From the NCBI GenBank assembly GCA_965116025.1, contig OZ220480.1, forward strand, positions 128,001-192,000: a stretch of DNA of 64,000 nt, given 5' to 3'. Both the position numbers and the translations under genes were made by a program. This DNA is from an uncultured candidatus Porisulfidus sp. GTDB lineage: Bacteria > Pseudomonadota > Gammaproteobacteria > Poriferisulfidales > Poriferisulfidaceae. Under the pieces are notes generated by a model. It was not told the DNA's origin, ran no database searches, and saw nothing but the letters and a program-made list of their open reading frames with translations. Within the stretch, counting starts at the first letter, position 1, and the number at the start of each line of letters is the position of its first letter. Positions 30,658-42,990 of this stretch are shown here, in pieces.

Positions 30658-31878
30658 CTACCGGCTTTCCGCCAGACTGAACTCCTCGTGCAGAACCTGG
30701 ACGCATGTCTCGAGCGACGGCTCGTCAACCACCACCGAGACCTTGATCTCCGAGGTGGAGATCATGGAGATATTCACGCCCGCCTCGGCCAAGGCCCGGA
30801 ACATTCGGCTCGCGATCCCCGCGTGCGAGCGCATGCCAACCCCGACCAGCGACACCTTGACGATGTCGCGGTTTCCGCGAGTCTCGCGCGCCCCGAGATC
30901 GCCACCGATTCGCTCCAGAATGTCCAGCGCCTTCGGATAGTCGTTGCGATGCACCGTGAACGTGAAATCCGCCGATCCGTCACTTCCCACGTTCTGCACG
31001 ATCATGTCCACCTCGATATGCGCGTCGGCGATCGGCCCCAGGATGCGCGCGGCGACGCCGGGCATGTCCGGCACGCCGGAGATGGTCAGTTGCGCCTCGT
31101 CGCGGTTATGCGCGATGCCCGCGATGGTGGCCTGCTCCATAGTTTCCGCCTCCTCTGATATCAACGTTCCGGGACCCGCTCCGAACGCGGAAAGAACCCG
31201 AAGCGGCACATTGTACTTTTCCGCGAACAGCACCGAGCGCAACTGCAGCACCTTCGACCCCAGTCCGGACATCTCCAACATCTCCTCATAGGTGAGACGC
31301 TCCAGCCTGCGCGCGTCTGGCACGAGTCTTGGATCCGCCGTATACACTCCTTCGACATCGGTGTAGATATGGCATTCATCGGCCTCCAGCGCGGCCGCCA
31401 GCGCGACCGCCGTCGTGTCCGACCCACCTCGGCCCAAGGTCGTGACCCGACCGCTCTCGTCCATGCCCTGGAACCCAGCCACCACCGCCACCTTCCCATC
31501 GTCCAGCAACTCGTTCAGCCGGGCGGCATTGATGCTCTTGATCCGGGCCTTGTTGGGCTGCCCCTCCGTCAGGATTCCGGCCTGCCGCCCAGTCAGCGCC
31601 ACGGACGAACAGCCCAGCGCCTGCAGAGCCAGCGACAACAGGGCGACGCTAACTCGCTCCCCGGACGACAGTAGAAGGTCCAGCGCCGGACCCGAGGGTC
31701 GCGGATTCACCTGGCGCGCCAGCGACAGCAAGTGGTCGGTCTCTCCGCCCATCGCGGAAAGCACCACCACCAGACGGCGCCCCTGCTCATGCTGTCCGCG
31801 AAGACGCTCGGCGATGGCCAGCAGCTTCTCGGTGCTGGCCACCGAAGTCCCGCCATATTTCTGCACCCAGAGGCTCAT
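30658..31878 (-). CDS. lysC: Aspartate kinase
   Basis: VQKYGGTSV, TLGRGGSDTTAVA, C-terminal ACT domains. Confidence 0.95.
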   Translation of the reverse strand: MSLWVQKYGGTSVASTEKLLAIAERLRGQHEQGRRLVVVLSAMGGETDHLLSLARQVNPRPSGPALDLLLSSGERVSVALLSLALQALGCSSVALTGRQAGILTEGQPNKARIKSINAARLNELLDDGKVAVVAGFQGMDESGRVTTLGRGGSDTTAVALAAALEADECHIYTDVEGVYTADPRLVPDARRLERLTYEEMLEMSGLGSKVLQLRSVLFAEKYNVPLRVLSAFGAGPGTLISEEAETMEQATIAGIAHNRDEAQLTISGVPDMPGVAARILGPIADAHIEVDMIVQNVGSDGSADFTFTVHRNDYPKALDILERIGGDLGARETRGNRDIVKVSLVGVGMRSHAGIASRMFRALAEAGVNISMISTSEIKVSVVVDEPSLETCVQVLHEEFSLAESR

Positions 31879-31879
31879 G

Positions 31880-34480
31880 TCAGGAAAGTCTCTCGCGAAT
31901 CCAACGCGGGACCGATTCCAGCGCCTCCTTCAGTTCCTGTGGGCGATTCCCCCCCGCCTGCGCCATGTCCGGACGCCCCCCGCCCTTGCCTCCGACTCGC
32001 GCGGCCACGGAATTGACTAGATCCCCGGCCTTGATTCGCGCGGTCTGGTCCGGCGTCACCCCGGCCACCAGCGTCACCTTTTCCTTCTCGACCGACGCTA
32101 GCACGATCGCCGCGCTGCCCAGCTTGTCCTTGAGTTGGTCCAGCATGCCACGCATCGACTTGACGTCGGCGTCGACCTGAGTGGCCAGCACCTTGATCCC
32201 ATCGATTTCCACCGCCCGCCGCGCCAGATCTCCACCAGCCTGACTCACCTGCCGATTCTTAAGCCGTTCCAGCTCTTTCTCGAGAACCTGATTCCGGTCG
32301 ACCAGGCGCCGCAATTTCTCACGGAGGTTCCCCGGCTCGGCCCGGATCGCTTCGGCGACGTCGCGCAGCAATTCCTCCCGTTCCCGGACCCAACGGTGCG
32401 CCACCGCCCCGGTCAGCGCCTCGACCCGCCGCACCCCGGCGGCGACGCCCGACTCGCTGACGACGCGGAAGAACCCAATGTCCCCGGTGCGCTCGACATG
32501 CGTGCCCCCGCACAGCTCTATCGAGAAGTCTCCCATTCGAAGCACCCGGACCTCGTCTCCATACTTGTCGCCGAAAAACGCTAGCGCGCCAGCATCCATC
32601 GCTTCCCGAAACGGCATCACGGTCGCTTCCGTCTCGCAGTTTCTTCGAATCGCCGCGTTGACTCTCTCCTCGATCTGGCGCAGCTCCTCCTCCGTCACGG
32701 GCCGCGGATGCGAAAAATCGAAGCGAAGCCGATCCGGCGCGACCAGCGAGCCTTTCTGCATCACGTGGGAGCCCAGCGTCTCGCGCAGGGCCGCATGCAT
32801 CAGATGCGTGGCGGAATGGTTGAGCACGATCGATTGGCGGCGCTCCGCGTCCACTTCCGCCACCACCGAATCGCCAACGCTCAAGCTTCCCTCTCGCAAC
32901 CGGCCAAGATGCAGGTGCGCCTGTCCTCGTTTCCGCGTGTCCAGCACCTCGAACCGAACGTCCGCGCCACGCAACCAGCCGGTATCGCCAACCTGTCCTC
33001 CGGATTCGGCGTAGAACGGGGTTTCCTCCAGCAGCACGGCCGCGTCGGCGCCCGCCTCCAGCGCGCGCGCGCTTCGACCGTCTTGGTACAGCGCGACCAC
33101 CGAACTTTCCTGGACGATCCGCTCATACCCGCTGAAGCGTCCGTCCTGGGCGACATCCCCAAGCTGGGAGTAATCGACCGAGAATTGGGCAGCCTCCCGA
33201 GCGCGGTCGCGTTGCTCATCCATCCGCCGCTCGTAGTCTTTCATATCCACCGTCAAGCCACGCTCCCGGGCGATGTCCCGGGTCAAGTCGATCGGAAAGC
33301 CATACGTGTCGTACAGCAGGAACGCGAGATCCCCAGGAATCTCGCGCTCCCGAATCCGGCTCAGCCCATCCTCCAGCGCCTTCAAACCGGTCTGAAGCGT
33401 TCGCGCGAAACGCTCCTCTTCCCGCGCCAACGTCTCCTCGATCCGTTCGCGAGACTCCGCCAGATCCGGGTAAGCCCCTCCCATCACCTCGACCAGCGGT
33501 CCCACGAGACGGTGGAAGAAAGGCTCGGTCAAGCCGATCTTGTTGCCGTGGCGCAACGCGCGGCGGATGATTCGGCGCAACACGTAGCCCCGTCCCTCGT
33601 TGGACGGAAGCATGCCGTCCATGATCAAGAACCCGCTGGTTCGGATGTGGTCCGCGATCACGTTAATCGACGCGGCTTCCGAGCCATCCGCCACCCTCAC
33701 CATATCCATCACGGCCCGCCGCAACGGCGCGAACAAGTCCGTCTGGTAATTGTCATGCACGCCTTGCAGAACCGCCGCGATTCGCTCCAGTCCCATGCCC
33801 GTATCCACCGAAGGACTCGGCAGCGGCTCCATGTCCCCGTCCACCTCGCGTCGGTATTGCATGAAGACCAGGTTCCAGATCTCGACGAAACGGTCGCTGT
33901 CATCGCCTTGCCCCGGCGGCTTGCCAGGAATCCCCTCACCATGGTCGTAATACACCTCGGAGCAGGGGCCGCATGGTCCGGTGTCCCCCATCGACCAGAA
34001 ATTCTCGTCCGCGCCGAGCCGCGCCAAACGATCCGGACTCACGCCGATATCTTCCCGCCATATCCGTTCCGCCTCGTCATCGTCCCGATACACCGAGACC
34101 CAAAGCCGGTCCGGCGGCAACGCGAGCGTGTCCGTCAAAAACTCCCAGCAATACTGGATCGCTTCCTCCTTGAAATAGTCGCCGAAGCTGAAGTTTCCGA
34201 GCATCTCGAAGAACGTGTGGTGCCGAGCGGTATAGCCGACGTTCTCCAGGTCGTTGTGCTTGCCGCCGGCCCGCGCGCAACGCTGCGCGCTGACCGCTCG
34301 GGGCGGGTCACGGGTTTCATGCCCGAGAAACGTCTCCTTGAACTGCACCATGCCCGCATTGGTGAACAGCAAGCTCAGGTCGTTGGCCGGAATCAACGAG
34401 CTGGAGGGCACGACCTGATGGTCGCGGCTCTCGAAGAAATCCAGAAACGCCTGGCGAATATCGTCGCCGCGCTCAATCAT
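31880..34480 (-). CDS. alaS: Alanine--tRNA ligase
   Basis: [51 protein letters not shown]. Confidence 0.98.
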   Translation of the reverse strand: MIERGDDIRQAFLDFFESRDHQVVPSSSLIPANDLSLLFTNAGMVQFKETFLGHETRDPPRAVSAQRCARAGGKHNDLENVGYTARHHTFFEMLGNFSFGDYFKEEAIQYCWEFLTDTLALPPDRLWVSVYRDDDEAERIWREDIGVSPDRLARLGADENFWSMGDTGPCGPCSEVYYDHGEGIPGKPPGQGDDSDRFVEIWNLVFMQYRREVDGDMEPLPSPSVDTGMGLERIAAVLQGVHDNYQTDLFAPLRRAVMDMVRVADGSEAASINVIADHIRTSGFLIMDGMLPSNEGRGYVLRRIIRRALRHGNKIGLTEPFFHRLVGPLVEVMGGAYPDLAESRERIEETLAREEERFARTLQTGLKALEDGLSRIREREIPGDLAFLLYDTYGFPIDLTRDIARERGLTVDMKDYERRMDEQRDRAREAAQFSVDYSQLGDVAQDGRFSGYERIVQESSVVALYQDGRSARALEAGADAAVLLEETPFYAESGGQVGDTGWLRGADVRFEVLDTRKRGQAHLHLGRLREGSLSVGDSVVAEVDAERRQSIVLNHSATHLMHAALRETLGSHVMQKGSLVAPDRLRFDFSHPRPVTEEELRQIEERVNAAIRRNCETEATVMPFREAMDAGALAFFGDKYGDEVRVLRMGDFSIELCGGTHVERTGDIGFFRVVSESGVAAGVRRVEALTGAVAHRWVREREELLRDVAEAIRAEPGNLREKLRRLVDRNQVLEKELERLKNRQVSQAGGDLARRAVEIDGIKVLATQVDADVKSMRGMLDQLKDKLGSAAIVLASVEKEKVTLVAGVTPDQTARIKAGDLVNSVAARVGGKGGGRPDMAQAGGNRPQELKEALESVPRWIRERLS

Positions 34481-34917
34481 TCCGTCTCTCCACGAAACGC
34501 CTCCTCGACGGCCCGCCTCGCGACCTCGCCCGGATACCCGCGCTGGGCCAGGAAGCGCAACGCTCGCTCGCGCGACCTCGTTCCTCGCTCCAGCGCCTCG
34601 CGGGCGCGACGCGAGTCCCCCTCTCTCGCCAGCGCCTCGAATTCATGCGCGAGTTCGCGCGACACGCCACGCTCGCGCAGGTCGCGCGACACGCGCAAGC
34701 TGCCATAGCCACGGTCCATTAACGAGCGAGAGCGCGCCTCCGCGAAGCGACGGTCGCTCTGCAGGCCTTCCTCGCGGACCGCCGCCAACGCCTCGTCCAC
34801 CGCCTCAGCGGCGTAGCCTCGCGCCCGTAGCTTGTCGCGCAACTCCCGGCTCGAATGTTCGCGTCGCGCCAGAAGGCTGACCGCTTGCCGCGCGGCGTCA
34901 TGCCTCGGTCGCGGCAT
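34477..34917 (-). CDS. recX: Regulatory protein RecX
   Basis: [29 protein letters not shown]; follows recA. Confidence 0.92.
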   Translation of the reverse strand: MPRPRHDAARQAVSLLARREHSSRELRDKLRARGYAAEAVDEALAAVREEGLQSDRRFAEARSRSLMDRGYGSLRVSRDLRERGVSRELAHEFEALAREGDSRRAREALERGTRSRERALRFLAQRGYPGEVARRAVEEAFRGETE

Positions 34918-35944
34918 GCTCCGGTTCGGCGGTTTCGGATTCGGTCGACTTCTCGTCCGGGAACAGGATCGCCCGCAAGTCGCGCTCCAGCGTGGCGGCG
35001 ATTTCCGGATGCTCGCTCAGATAGAGCCGCGCGTTGTCTTTTCCTTGCCCGATGCGGTCCCCTTGATAGCTATACCAGGCGCCGGATTTCTGGACCAGTC
35101 CATGGTCCACTCCCAGCGTCAGCAACTCGGACAGACGGCTGATGCCCTCGCCGTACCGGATCTCGAATTCGGCCTTCTTGAACGGCGGAGCCATCTTGTT
35201 CTTAACCACCTTCACGCGGGTTTCGTGGCCCATCACCTCCTCTCCCTTCTTGGTGGCCCCGATGCGGCGGATATCCAGACGCACCGACGAGTAGAACTTC
35301 AGGGCGTTGCCGCCAGTGGTGGTCTCGGGATTGCCGAACATGACCCCGATCTTCATGCGCAACTGGTTGATGAACACGACCAGCGCGTTGGACCGCTTGA
35401 TGTTGCCGGCGAGTTTTCGCAGGGCCTGCGACATGAGCCGCGCGTGCAGGCCCATGTGGCTATCCCCCATGCCGCCTTCCAGTTCGGCCCGTGGCGTCAG
35501 CGCCGCGACCGAATCCACCACGATCAGATCAACCGCGCCGGACGTGACCAAGGTGTCAGCGATCTCCATCGCCTGCTCGCCGTGGTCCGGCTGCGAAAGC
35601 AGCAGGTCGTCCACCTGCACGCCCAGATTAGTGGCGTAGCCCGGGTCCAGCGCGTGCTCCGCGTCGATGAAAGCGGCCACGCCACCCTGTCTCTGGCAAT
35701 TGGCGACGACATGCAGGGTCAGCGTGGTCTTGCCGGAAGCCTCCGAGCCGTAGATCTCGACCACCCGGCCTCGTGGCAAGCCGCCGATGCCGAGAGCCGC
35801 GTCCAACGCCAGCGAACCGGTCGGAATGACTTCGACCTCGGGAACCGCCACCCCCTCGCCGAAGCGCATGACCGCTCCTTTGCCGTACTGCCGCTCAATC
35901 TGCCCGAGCGCGGCTTCCAATGCCTTTTTTCTGTCTTTGTCCAT
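34898..35944 (-). CDS. recA: Recombinase RecA
   Basis: [46 protein letters not shown]. Confidence 0.98.
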   Translation of the reverse strand: MDKDRKKALEAALGQIERQYGKGAVMRFGEGVAVPEVEVIPTGSLALDAALGIGGLPRGRVVEIYGSEASGKTTLTLHVVANCQRQGGVAAFIDAEHALDPGYATNLGVQVDDLLLSQPDHGEQAMEIADTLVTSGAVDLIVVDSVAALTPRAELEGGMGDSHMGLHARLMSQALRKLAGNIKRSNALVVFINQLRMKIGVMFGNPETTTGGNALKFYSSVRLDIRRIGATKKGEEVMGHETRVKVVKNKMAPPFKKAEFEIRYGEGISRLSELLTLGVDHGLVQKSGAWYSYQGDRIGQGKDNARLYLSEHPEIAATLERDLRAILFPDEKSTESETAEPEHAATEA

Positions 35945-36032
35945 GAGTGAACTGTTTCTCCATCAAGGCGGTTCCGGTTTCGCAGGCGTATTATTCCACA
36001 GGGACCGATCCGGGGCTTGGCGAACGCTGGAT

Positions 36033-36524
36033 TCATGCGGAAGCCTCCTCCGCCAGTCGTCGCAACGCGTGCAGCGTCGACTTCCGCCGCACCGCGTCAC
36101 GCGCTCCAGAGAAATCCTTCCACTCTCCGCGCGCCCTCCCACCCGAGCGGGCGAACGCGAACCAGACGCGCCCCACCGGGACGCGGTCCGTGCCGCCGGC
36201 AGGGCCGGCCACGCCACTGATCGCGCACGCCAAGTCGCAACAGGCCCGCTCCAAAGCCCCACTCGCCATCGCCTCGACCACCGCCTGGGAGACGGCCCCC
36301 TCGCGATGGATCAGCTCACGGCTCACGCCCAGAGACTGATTTTTCGCCTCATCGCTATAGGTGACCCAGCCGCGCTCGAACCAGTCGGAACTGCCTGGCA
36401 AATCAGTGCAGCATTTCGCCAGCCAGCCGCCGGTGCAAGACTCGGCCACCGCGACGCGCGCTCCCCGCTCTCGGCTTCGGTCCGCCAGCGCCTTCGCGGC
36501 CTCAAGCAACGTCGCGTCATCCAT
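36033..36524 (-). CDS. pncC: CinA C-terminal domain / NMN deamidase PncC
   Basis: AESCTGG, PGSSDWFERGWVTYS, ISGVAGPAGG; upstream of recA. Confidence 0.9.
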   Translation of the reverse strand: MDDATLLEAAKALADRSRERGARVAVAESCTGGWLAKCCTDLPGSSDWFERGWVTYSDEAKNQSLGVSRELIHREGAVSQAVVEAMASGALERACCDLACAISGVAGPAGGTDRVPVGRVWFAFARSGGRARGEWKDFSGARDAVRRKSTLHALRRLAEEASA

Positions 36525-37026
36525 AGGTCAATCTTACCCGCTCGCCATTCGGGAGATACTGGAATTAACGCGCATCAAGGAATGTCGAAGATCTTTACGG
36601 CGCGCGGTTTCCGCGACCTGATGAACAACGTCGCGACCCTCGCGCGGGAGCCGGACTTGAATCACGAGTCCCAAGCATGCATCTTCACATCAAAACCTGA
36701 CCTATGCGACGTTAGATGTCGGGCTATTCGGAGCGAGTTCCGATCGGAACTCACCCGACGACGCCCGTGAATTTCATATCTCCAAGCGGAAAACCTAGAA
36801 AAATCAACGCCCCGCGCGCCCATCGCGCCGACGAGCCCCGGCCAAGAGTCCAAAAAAGCGAGAGCCTAGACGTTCCATAGCGTTGATTTCCTTGGAAAAA
36901 GCGCGAGCGTGGGCAAGCGACCCGATTCCCGCCTCCGGGAGCTCGTGTAAGATAGCCACAAGCCATTCCAAAGCCCCCAAGAGAAGCCCCTCTCCTCAAT
37001 TTCCACTCGGCAAGGATGACACTCGC

Positions 37027-37440
37027 GTGAGCCCCAGCCCGAACGCCCAGCGAAAGCCTGAGCCCGACCCCGCCGCGCGGGAACCGGGATGGCCGCGACC
37101 ACACTTTGATACCATGAAGGCGGCGGGAGGCTTGGTGGAAGCGGGATTCAACGGGCGGCAGGCGAAGGCCATCGTCAACGTCATTCAGGGCGCGCAAGGC
37201 GAGCTGGCCACCAAGGCCGACCTGGACCAAATGGAGTCCAAGCTTGAAGGCAAGATGGAGAAGATGGAGGCCGGCATCCGCTCCGACATGAAAGATATGG
37301 AGAACCGTCTGGAGAAATCGATGCATGAGCTCCAGCTGGACATGAACGCCAAGTTCCAGAGGACGCTGGGCTTCCTTCTACTGGCGATCGGCGCGGCGAC
37401 GGGCATCGTCAGCGCGGTGGTGGTCTTGGCGATCAGGTAA
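37027..37440 (+). CDS. DUF1640/CCDC90-like coiled-coil protein with C-terminal membrane anchor
   Basis: 'FDT.KAA..L.EAGF...QAKAIV', 'LATKADL', heptad coiled coil, terminal TM helix; start uncertain. Confidence 0.75.
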   Translation: MSPSPNAQRKPEPDPAAREPGWPRPHFDTMKAAGGLVEAGFNGRQAKAIVNVIQGAQGELATKADLDQMESKLEGKMEKMEAGIRSDMKDMENRLEKSMHELQLDMNAKFQRTLGFLLLAIGAATGIVSAVVVLAIR

Positions 37441-37643
37441 GCGCGCCTCGTAGCGAGGAAACTGGAACGAGAGGCGGAACCCCGCGCTATCCAATATCCA
37501 AAGGCGTTCCGCGAAGTCGGGCGCGCGGTAGATGGCTGTCAAGGCGTTTACCATTGCGCGGCCATGGTCTCGACCATCGAGGGAAACCATACTTATTGCC
37601 GGGAGATCTACGAGAACAACGTCCTCGGCGCGCGCAACCTCTT

Positions 37644-37990
37644 CCCGACTTCGACGGTTTAGCGATCAAACGCTAGGAAAATCAACGACCCGACTTTTCG
37701 CTAGGCACTACATCAGCGCCTTCGAGGGGGCTGGGAGCGAGGATTATCTGGAGGCCGGGTCGAGCGCGAACGGCTCCCGGTCGTGGGTCTGGCCCGCCAC
37801 CCGATACAGCTTGCGACCCAAGTGGCTGCCTTCGACGGCATCTCGTAGAGGCGCCCGGTGTCCCTGTGCTGAAGCACGCTGTGCTGGACATGCGTCAGGG
37901 CGTACCGGATCCGTTCCGGCGAGACCCGCTCGCCCTGCTGCGGCGGGCATCACGCGGTGTTGCAGATGCTGGGCGCACAGCATGGTCATT
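37644..37990 (-). mobile_element. IS1634-like element remnant (transposase C-terminus plus terminal sequence)
   Basis: Across frameshifts reads 'LCAQHLQHRV...RVSPERIRYALTHVQHSVLQHRDTGRLYEMPSK...RKLYRVAG', like IS1634 transposase tails as recalled; ends in ...CCGTCGAAGTCGGG. Confidence 0.55.
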
Positions 37991-38123
37991 GAACGCGATC
38001 AAGACATGCGCGCGAACGCGCCGCGGGATCCAGTGGAAAATCGTACGCGCTCGCCCTCGCGCGCAATAATGCATGGAAAACCGATTTCCCGATATAAAGA
38101 AATTTTGACAAAATAAGGGGACT

Positions 38124-40724
38124 ATGGTAGCGAAGCAGACTCCACTGTTGACTCCCTCCAAGCCGAATAATCAGCATACTCCCATCATGCGCCAATACCT
38201 TAAGTTCAAGGCGCGTTATCCCAAGCACCTCCTGCTCTACCGCATGGGAGATTTCTACGAGTTGTTTTTCGAGGACGCCAAGCGCGGCTCCGAGTTGCTG
38301 GACATCGCGCTGACCGAGCGCGGGCGCTCCATGGGAAAACCCATTCCCATGGCGGGGATCCCGGTAGTCTCGATCGATACCTACCTCGCGAAACTGGTTC
38401 ATATGGGAGAGTCCGCGGTGATCTGCGAACAGGTCGGCGAAACCCCATCCGGGCAGGGACCTATGGAGCGCCGAATCTCGCGCATCGTCACGCCCGGCAC
38501 CTTGGTCGAGGACGAATTGCTGGAATCGGGGCGCGATGCCCTGCTTCTCGCGCTATCGCTGAACTCCTCGATCGGGCTGGCCAGCCTGAACCTGAGTTCG
38601 GGCCTCTTCAACGTGATGGAGCTTCCCTCCGTGGAAGAGCTGCGCGCCGAGCTGGAGCGCCTGCACCCAGCGGAGATTCTGTACCCGGAATCCTGCGCGC
38701 CTCCCCCGTGGGAAGGCGCGCGCTTGCGGCCGCTCCCGGACTGGCATTTCGATGTCGAGACCGCGACCCGACTGCTGTGTCAGCAGATGCAAGTTCACGA
38801 CCTATCGGCCTTCGACTGCCAAGACGCGCCCTCCGCCATCGGGGCCGCCGGGGCCCTGCTGTACTACGCCCGGGAGGCGCAACAGGCGGCGCTGCCGCAT
38901 ATCATGCGCCTGCGCCGCGAACGGCGCGACGCCCATGTCTATCTTGATGCCGCCACCCGACGCAATCTCGAACTGGAGCGGGCTCTCTCCGGGGATCCCC
39001 GGCATAGCCTGCTCGGCGTGCTGGACAAGACCGTCACGGCCATGGGGCGCCGCTGTCTCGGTCGATGGATCCAGTCCCCTCTTCGCGACCGAGAAACTCT
39101 GGCGACGCGCCAGCGGATCGTTTCCCATTTGCTGAATGGAACGCATCGGAATCCGATCCAAGAGCAACTACGAAAAGCTTCCGACATTGAGCGCGTGATC
39201 GCTCGCATCGCCCTCTGCAGCGCTTCTCCTCGAGATCTGCGCGGGCTGTCCCAAACCTTGAGACTTCTACCAGATCTGCGCCGCTTGCTGGAGGACACCG
39301 GCGCAGAGGAATTCGAGCGCTACCGCGCCGACTTGCGATCCGACCCACGGTTAGCCGAGCGCCTCGCCTCAGCGCTCGCGGACAATCCTCCCCCGACCCT
39401 CCGCGATGGAGGCGCGATCGCTCCGGGCTTCGACGCTGAGCTCGATGAACTGCGCGAGTTGTCGCAGGGAGCCGACGCCCTCTTGTCGGAGATGGAGGCG
39501 ACCGAGCGGGAGCGCACCGGCATCGCGCAACTCAAGATCGCCTACAACAGGGTGCACGGCTATTACATAGAGATCCCACGCGCCCAAGCCACGCGCGCTC
39601 CTGACCACTACCAGCGCAGGCAAACGCTCAAGAACTGCGAGCGCTACCTAACGCCAAAGCTGAAAGAATTCGAGGGCCGGATCCTGAGCGCGCGCGGCCG
39701 GTCGCTCGAGCGGGAAAAAAGAGTGTATCAGGAACTGCTGGAGAGTCTGGCCCCGCATCTGGCCCACTTCCAACGTTACGCGGTGGCGCTCTCCGAGCTG
39801 GACACGCTTTGCTGCTTCGCCGAGCACGCCCAAGCGCATCGCTACTGCTGCCCCGAACTGGTCGATGAGCCTGGCGTCGAAATCCAGGCGGGCCGCCATC
39901 CGGTCATCGAGCTGATCTGGAACGAGCCATTCGTGCCAAACGACACGTCGATTTCCGAACGACGGCGCCTGCTGCTCATCACCGGACCGAACATGGGAGG
40001 CAAGTCCACCTACATGAGGCAGACCGCGCTGATCGTCCTGATGGCACACATCGGCAGCCACGTGCCCGCCGACCGGGCCCGGATTGGTCCCGTCGATCGC
40101 ATCTTCACCCGCATCGGGGCGTCCGACGACCTCACTTCCGGGCGCTCCACCTTCATGGTCGAGATGACGGAGGCGGCCAACATCCTGCATCACGCCTCCG
40201 AATCCAGCCTGGTGCTGATGGACGAGATCGGCCGGGGCACCAGCACCTTCGACGGCATGGCGCTGGCGCTAGGCTGCGCCGAGCGCCTGGCGACCCATAA
40301 TCGAGCCCTCACCCTGTTCTCCACGCACTACCTCGAGCTGACTCAGCTAGCGGAGACTCACCCTGAGATCGTCAACCTGCACTTGGACGCCACGATGCAC
40401 GGCCAGCAGATCGTCTTCCTGCATACTATCAAGGACGGACCGGCCAGCCAGAGCTATGGCCTGCAGGTAGCGCGCTTGGCGGGCGTTCCCCCGGACGTGA
40501 TCCAGCGAGCGCAGACGTACCTGCTGGAGCTTGAGGACGACAGCGTCCAACGCTGGGCCCGCGACAACCAGCAAAAAGACTTGTTCCTCAACCCGCCCGA
40601 ACCGCCACCCGTCTCGATGGCGCTGCAGCGTCTCCGACAGGTAGGCGCTGATCAATTATCACCTAGGGAAGCCCTGGATCTAGTCTATGAACTGCAGAAG
40701 CTGGACGTTCCCACGGATGACTGA
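38124..40724 (+). CDS. mutS: DNA mismatch repair protein MutS
   Basis: [49 protein letters not shown]. Confidence 0.98.
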   Translation: MVAKQTPLLTPSKPNNQHTPIMRQYLKFKARYPKHLLLYRMGDFYELFFEDAKRGSELLDIALTERGRSMGKPIPMAGIPVVSIDTYLAKLVHMGESAVICEQVGETPSGQGPMERRISRIVTPGTLVEDELLESGRDALLLALSLNSSIGLASLNLSSGLFNVMELPSVEELRAELERLHPAEILYPESCAPPPWEGARLRPLPDWHFDVETATRLLCQQMQVHDLSAFDCQDAPSAIGAAGALLYYAREAQQAALPHIMRLRRERRDAHVYLDAATRRNLELERALSGDPRHSLLGVLDKTVTAMGRRCLGRWIQSPLRDRETLATRQRIVSHLLNGTHRNPIQEQLRKASDIERVIARIALCSASPRDLRGLSQTLRLLPDLRRLLEDTGAEEFERYRADLRSDPRLAERLASALADNPPPTLRDGGAIAPGFDAELDELRELSQGADALLSEMEATERERTGIAQLKIAYNRVHGYYIEIPRAQATRAPDHYQRRQTLKNCERYLTPKLKEFEGRILSARGRSLEREKRVYQELLESLAPHLAHFQRYAVALSELDTLCCFAEHAQAHRYCCPELVDEPGVEIQAGRHPVIELIWNEPFVPNDTSISERRRLLLITGPNMGGKSTYMRQTALIVLMAHIGSHVPADRARIGPVDRIFTRIGASDDLTSGRSTFMVEMTEAANILHHASESSLVLMDEIGRGTSTFDGMALALGCAERLATHNRALTLFSTHYLELTQLAETHPEIVNLHLDATMHGQQIVFLHTIKDGPASQSYGLQVARLAGVPPDVIQRAQTYLLELEDDSVQRWARDNQQKDLFLNPPEPPPVSMALQRLRQVGADQLSPREALDLVYELQKLDVPTDD

Positions 40725-40911
40725 CGCGAGCGCGTTTCGCGCTTTCCGGTAGAGCCAAATGCGGCTTAGGCCACTCTTGCTTTCGGCATGCCGAAAAGTC
40801 GCCGCCCCATGGACGCGACTGTACCGGAATATCCGGCGGGGAGCGGCGCGGCTTCCCGAAGAACTGGTCGAGCGAGGCCCGCGCGTCCAGGCGAGCGCCC
40901 GATACGGGGGA

Positions 40912-42990
40912 ATGGGCGAGCGGGAGCTGGAGCTGCGCATGGAACGAATCGTCGAGCGCATGCTTTCCAGCCGTCACAGCATGCATGAGCCAGCGAAGCG
41001 ACTCGCCATCTTCAACCACTTCGAGCAACGCCGCTTCCTCAAAGCCGGGCGGGACCTGGCCCGTCTCGAGCCCAAACTCGCCTACCAGTTCTTCCACCAT
41101 GGCATTCCCTCGCTCCGGATGATCGATGAGGAGCGCTGGGATGACTGGCTCGAACATCTGCGCTCCTGTCATGGCCTCGCCGGCATCGACGGAGCCGTGG
41201 AGGCCATGCGGCAAGTGGAGACCTATCTGCGGAATACGCTTGGCGACAGCCAGAGCGTTCGGCTGAGCGACGTGGACCAACTGATCGAATCGCTGCTGCT
41301 CGGCTTCGGCGGGAGGCCCTTGAAGGTCAAATCCGCGCCCGAGCCCTACACGGACACGGAGACCGTCTATCTCCCGGATTCGCTTAGCGCCTGCGATACC
41401 CGCGAAGAGAATTTCGATCTGCTCAAGGCGACCGCCGCGCACCTGTGGGCGCAAACCCGTTATGGAACGTACCGCGCGTCACCGGATGCCTTCTCCCGCT
41501 ATTCGGACCGCGCGCGAGCGCGGCGGTACTTTCGCGCGCTGGAAACCTTGCGGCTGGAATCCAAGATCCAGCGCGACATGCCTGGCATCGGCCGCGTGCT
41601 CCAGCGCCACAACCCTCCCGACTCATGGGCTGACCTGCCCGCCGAATGGGCGAGCGCCATCCAAGAGATCTCGCGCCCGCGGGCCACAGTGGAAGATTCC
41701 CTGCGCCTGCTCGAGACGCTGTACCCGACAGTGACGGCGTTGCCGGAAATTCCTTACCAAGGCGCGTTGCGGCCCGAGCTCGCGGCCGACGTCATGAACC
41801 AGCGAATCGAGGAGGAGCGGCATCAACTGGCGAGCGCCCTGCTTGGCATGCGGCGCGACCTGTCTCCCTTTCAGTCCGAGGGCGCGCGAAGCGAGCGCTT
41901 CACCGCGCGCAGAGAACCGGACCAGATAGCCGACGAGTTCTCGTTCTCTCTGGAGTTCGGCGACGAGACCGTCACGCCGCCGGAGGAAGTCCAGAAGTTG
42001 CTGGAATCCATCGTTCAGGATCTCGGGGACCTTCCCGACGAATACCTGGAACCAACCGACGCGAGCGCCTATCCTCCGACATCGGAAGAGCGGGACCCCC
42101 CCTCTTCCACACCGGAAGACGCCCACTACGTCTATCCGGAATGGGACCATTCCCGTCAGAAATACCGGACGAACTGGTGCCAGTTGCGCGACCGCCCGAT
42201 CACGGGCTCCAGCGAGCGGTTCGCTCTGGACACGATGGCCCGGCACCGCCGCCTGCTCACCGGGCTCCGCCGCTCGTTCGAGGCCCTGCGCGACGAGGAG
42301 CGACGAGTCCGCCGGGAAACGCACGGCGATGAAATCGACCTGGACAGTTTCATCCACGCGTACGGCGATTATGTCAGCGGCTCGGAGATGGACGAGCGGC
42401 TGTTCACCCGGGTGAAAAAGCTGGAGCGCGACATCGCCGCGGTGTTTCTCATTGACATGAGCGCGTCAACCTCCGGCTGGGTCAACGACCTCACGCGCGA
42501 GGCGCTGGTTCTGCTATGCGGCGCGCTGGAGGCTTTGGGCGACCGCTACGCGATCTACGGATTCTCCGGCAAAACCCATCGCGGCTGCGAGCTGTACCCG
42601 ATCAAGACCCTGGATGAGCCCTACGACGGCGACACGCGACGGCGCATCAGCGGCATCACGCCCCGAAGCTACACCCGGATGGGCGTCATGATCCGCCACG
42701 CCACGCGCTTGCTGAAGGATACGGAAGCGCGCACCCGATTGCTGATCACGCTGTCCGACGGAAAGCCGGATGACCAGGACGGCTATCGAGGCAGCTATGG
42801 AATCGAGGACACGCGCCAGGCCCTGAACGAGGCCCGGTATTTGGGAATCCACCCGTATTGCATTACCATAGACAAGGAAGGCATGGAGTATCTCCCGCAC
42901 ATGTTCGGAGCCTCCAGCTTCGCCGTGGTCAGCGATCTTCGAAAGCTCCCGGCCAAAGTATCAGACATCTACCGTCGCATCACTCTATGA
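40912..42990 (+). CDS. NorD/CbbO-type VWA domain protein (AAA+ chaperone adaptor)
   Basis: YPEWD, GDEIDLD, MIDAS DMSAS, YTRMG..IRHA, LITLSDGKPDD; start uncertain (40759 or 40912). Confidence 0.85.
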   Translation: MGERELELRMERIVERMLSSRHSMHEPAKRLAIFNHFEQRRFLKAGRDLARLEPKLAYQFFHHGIPSLRMIDEERWDDWLEHLRSCHGLAGIDGAVEAMRQVETYLRNTLGDSQSVRLSDVDQLIESLLLGFGGRPLKVKSAPEPYTDTETVYLPDSLSACDTREENFDLLKATAAHLWAQTRYGTYRASPDAFSRYSDRARARRYFRALETLRLESKIQRDMPGIGRVLQRHNPPDSWADLPAEWASAIQEISRPRATVEDSLRLLETLYPTVTALPEIPYQGALRPELAADVMNQRIEEERHQLASALLGMRRDLSPFQSEGARSERFTARREPDQIADEFSFSLEFGDETVTPPEEVQKLLESIVQDLGDLPDEYLEPTDASAYPPTSEERDPPSSTPEDAHYVYPEWDHSRQKYRTNWCQLRDRPITGSSERFALDTMARHRRLLTGLRRSFEALRDEERRVRRETHGDEIDLDSFIHAYGDYVSGSEMDERLFTRVKKLERDIAAVFLIDMSASTSGWVNDLTREALVLLCGALEALGDRYAIYGFSGKTHRGCELYPIKTLDEPYDGDTRRRISGITPRSYTRMGVMIRHATRLLKDTEARTRLLITLSDGKPDDQDGYRGSYGIEDTRQALNEARYLGIHPYCITIDKEGMEYLPHMFGASSFAVVSDLRKLPAKVSDIYRRITL

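Noticed and set aside
35725-35760. RecA Walker A variant [10 protein letters not shown]
   Set aside because: Catalytic GKT is intact; substitutions are at tolerant positions.
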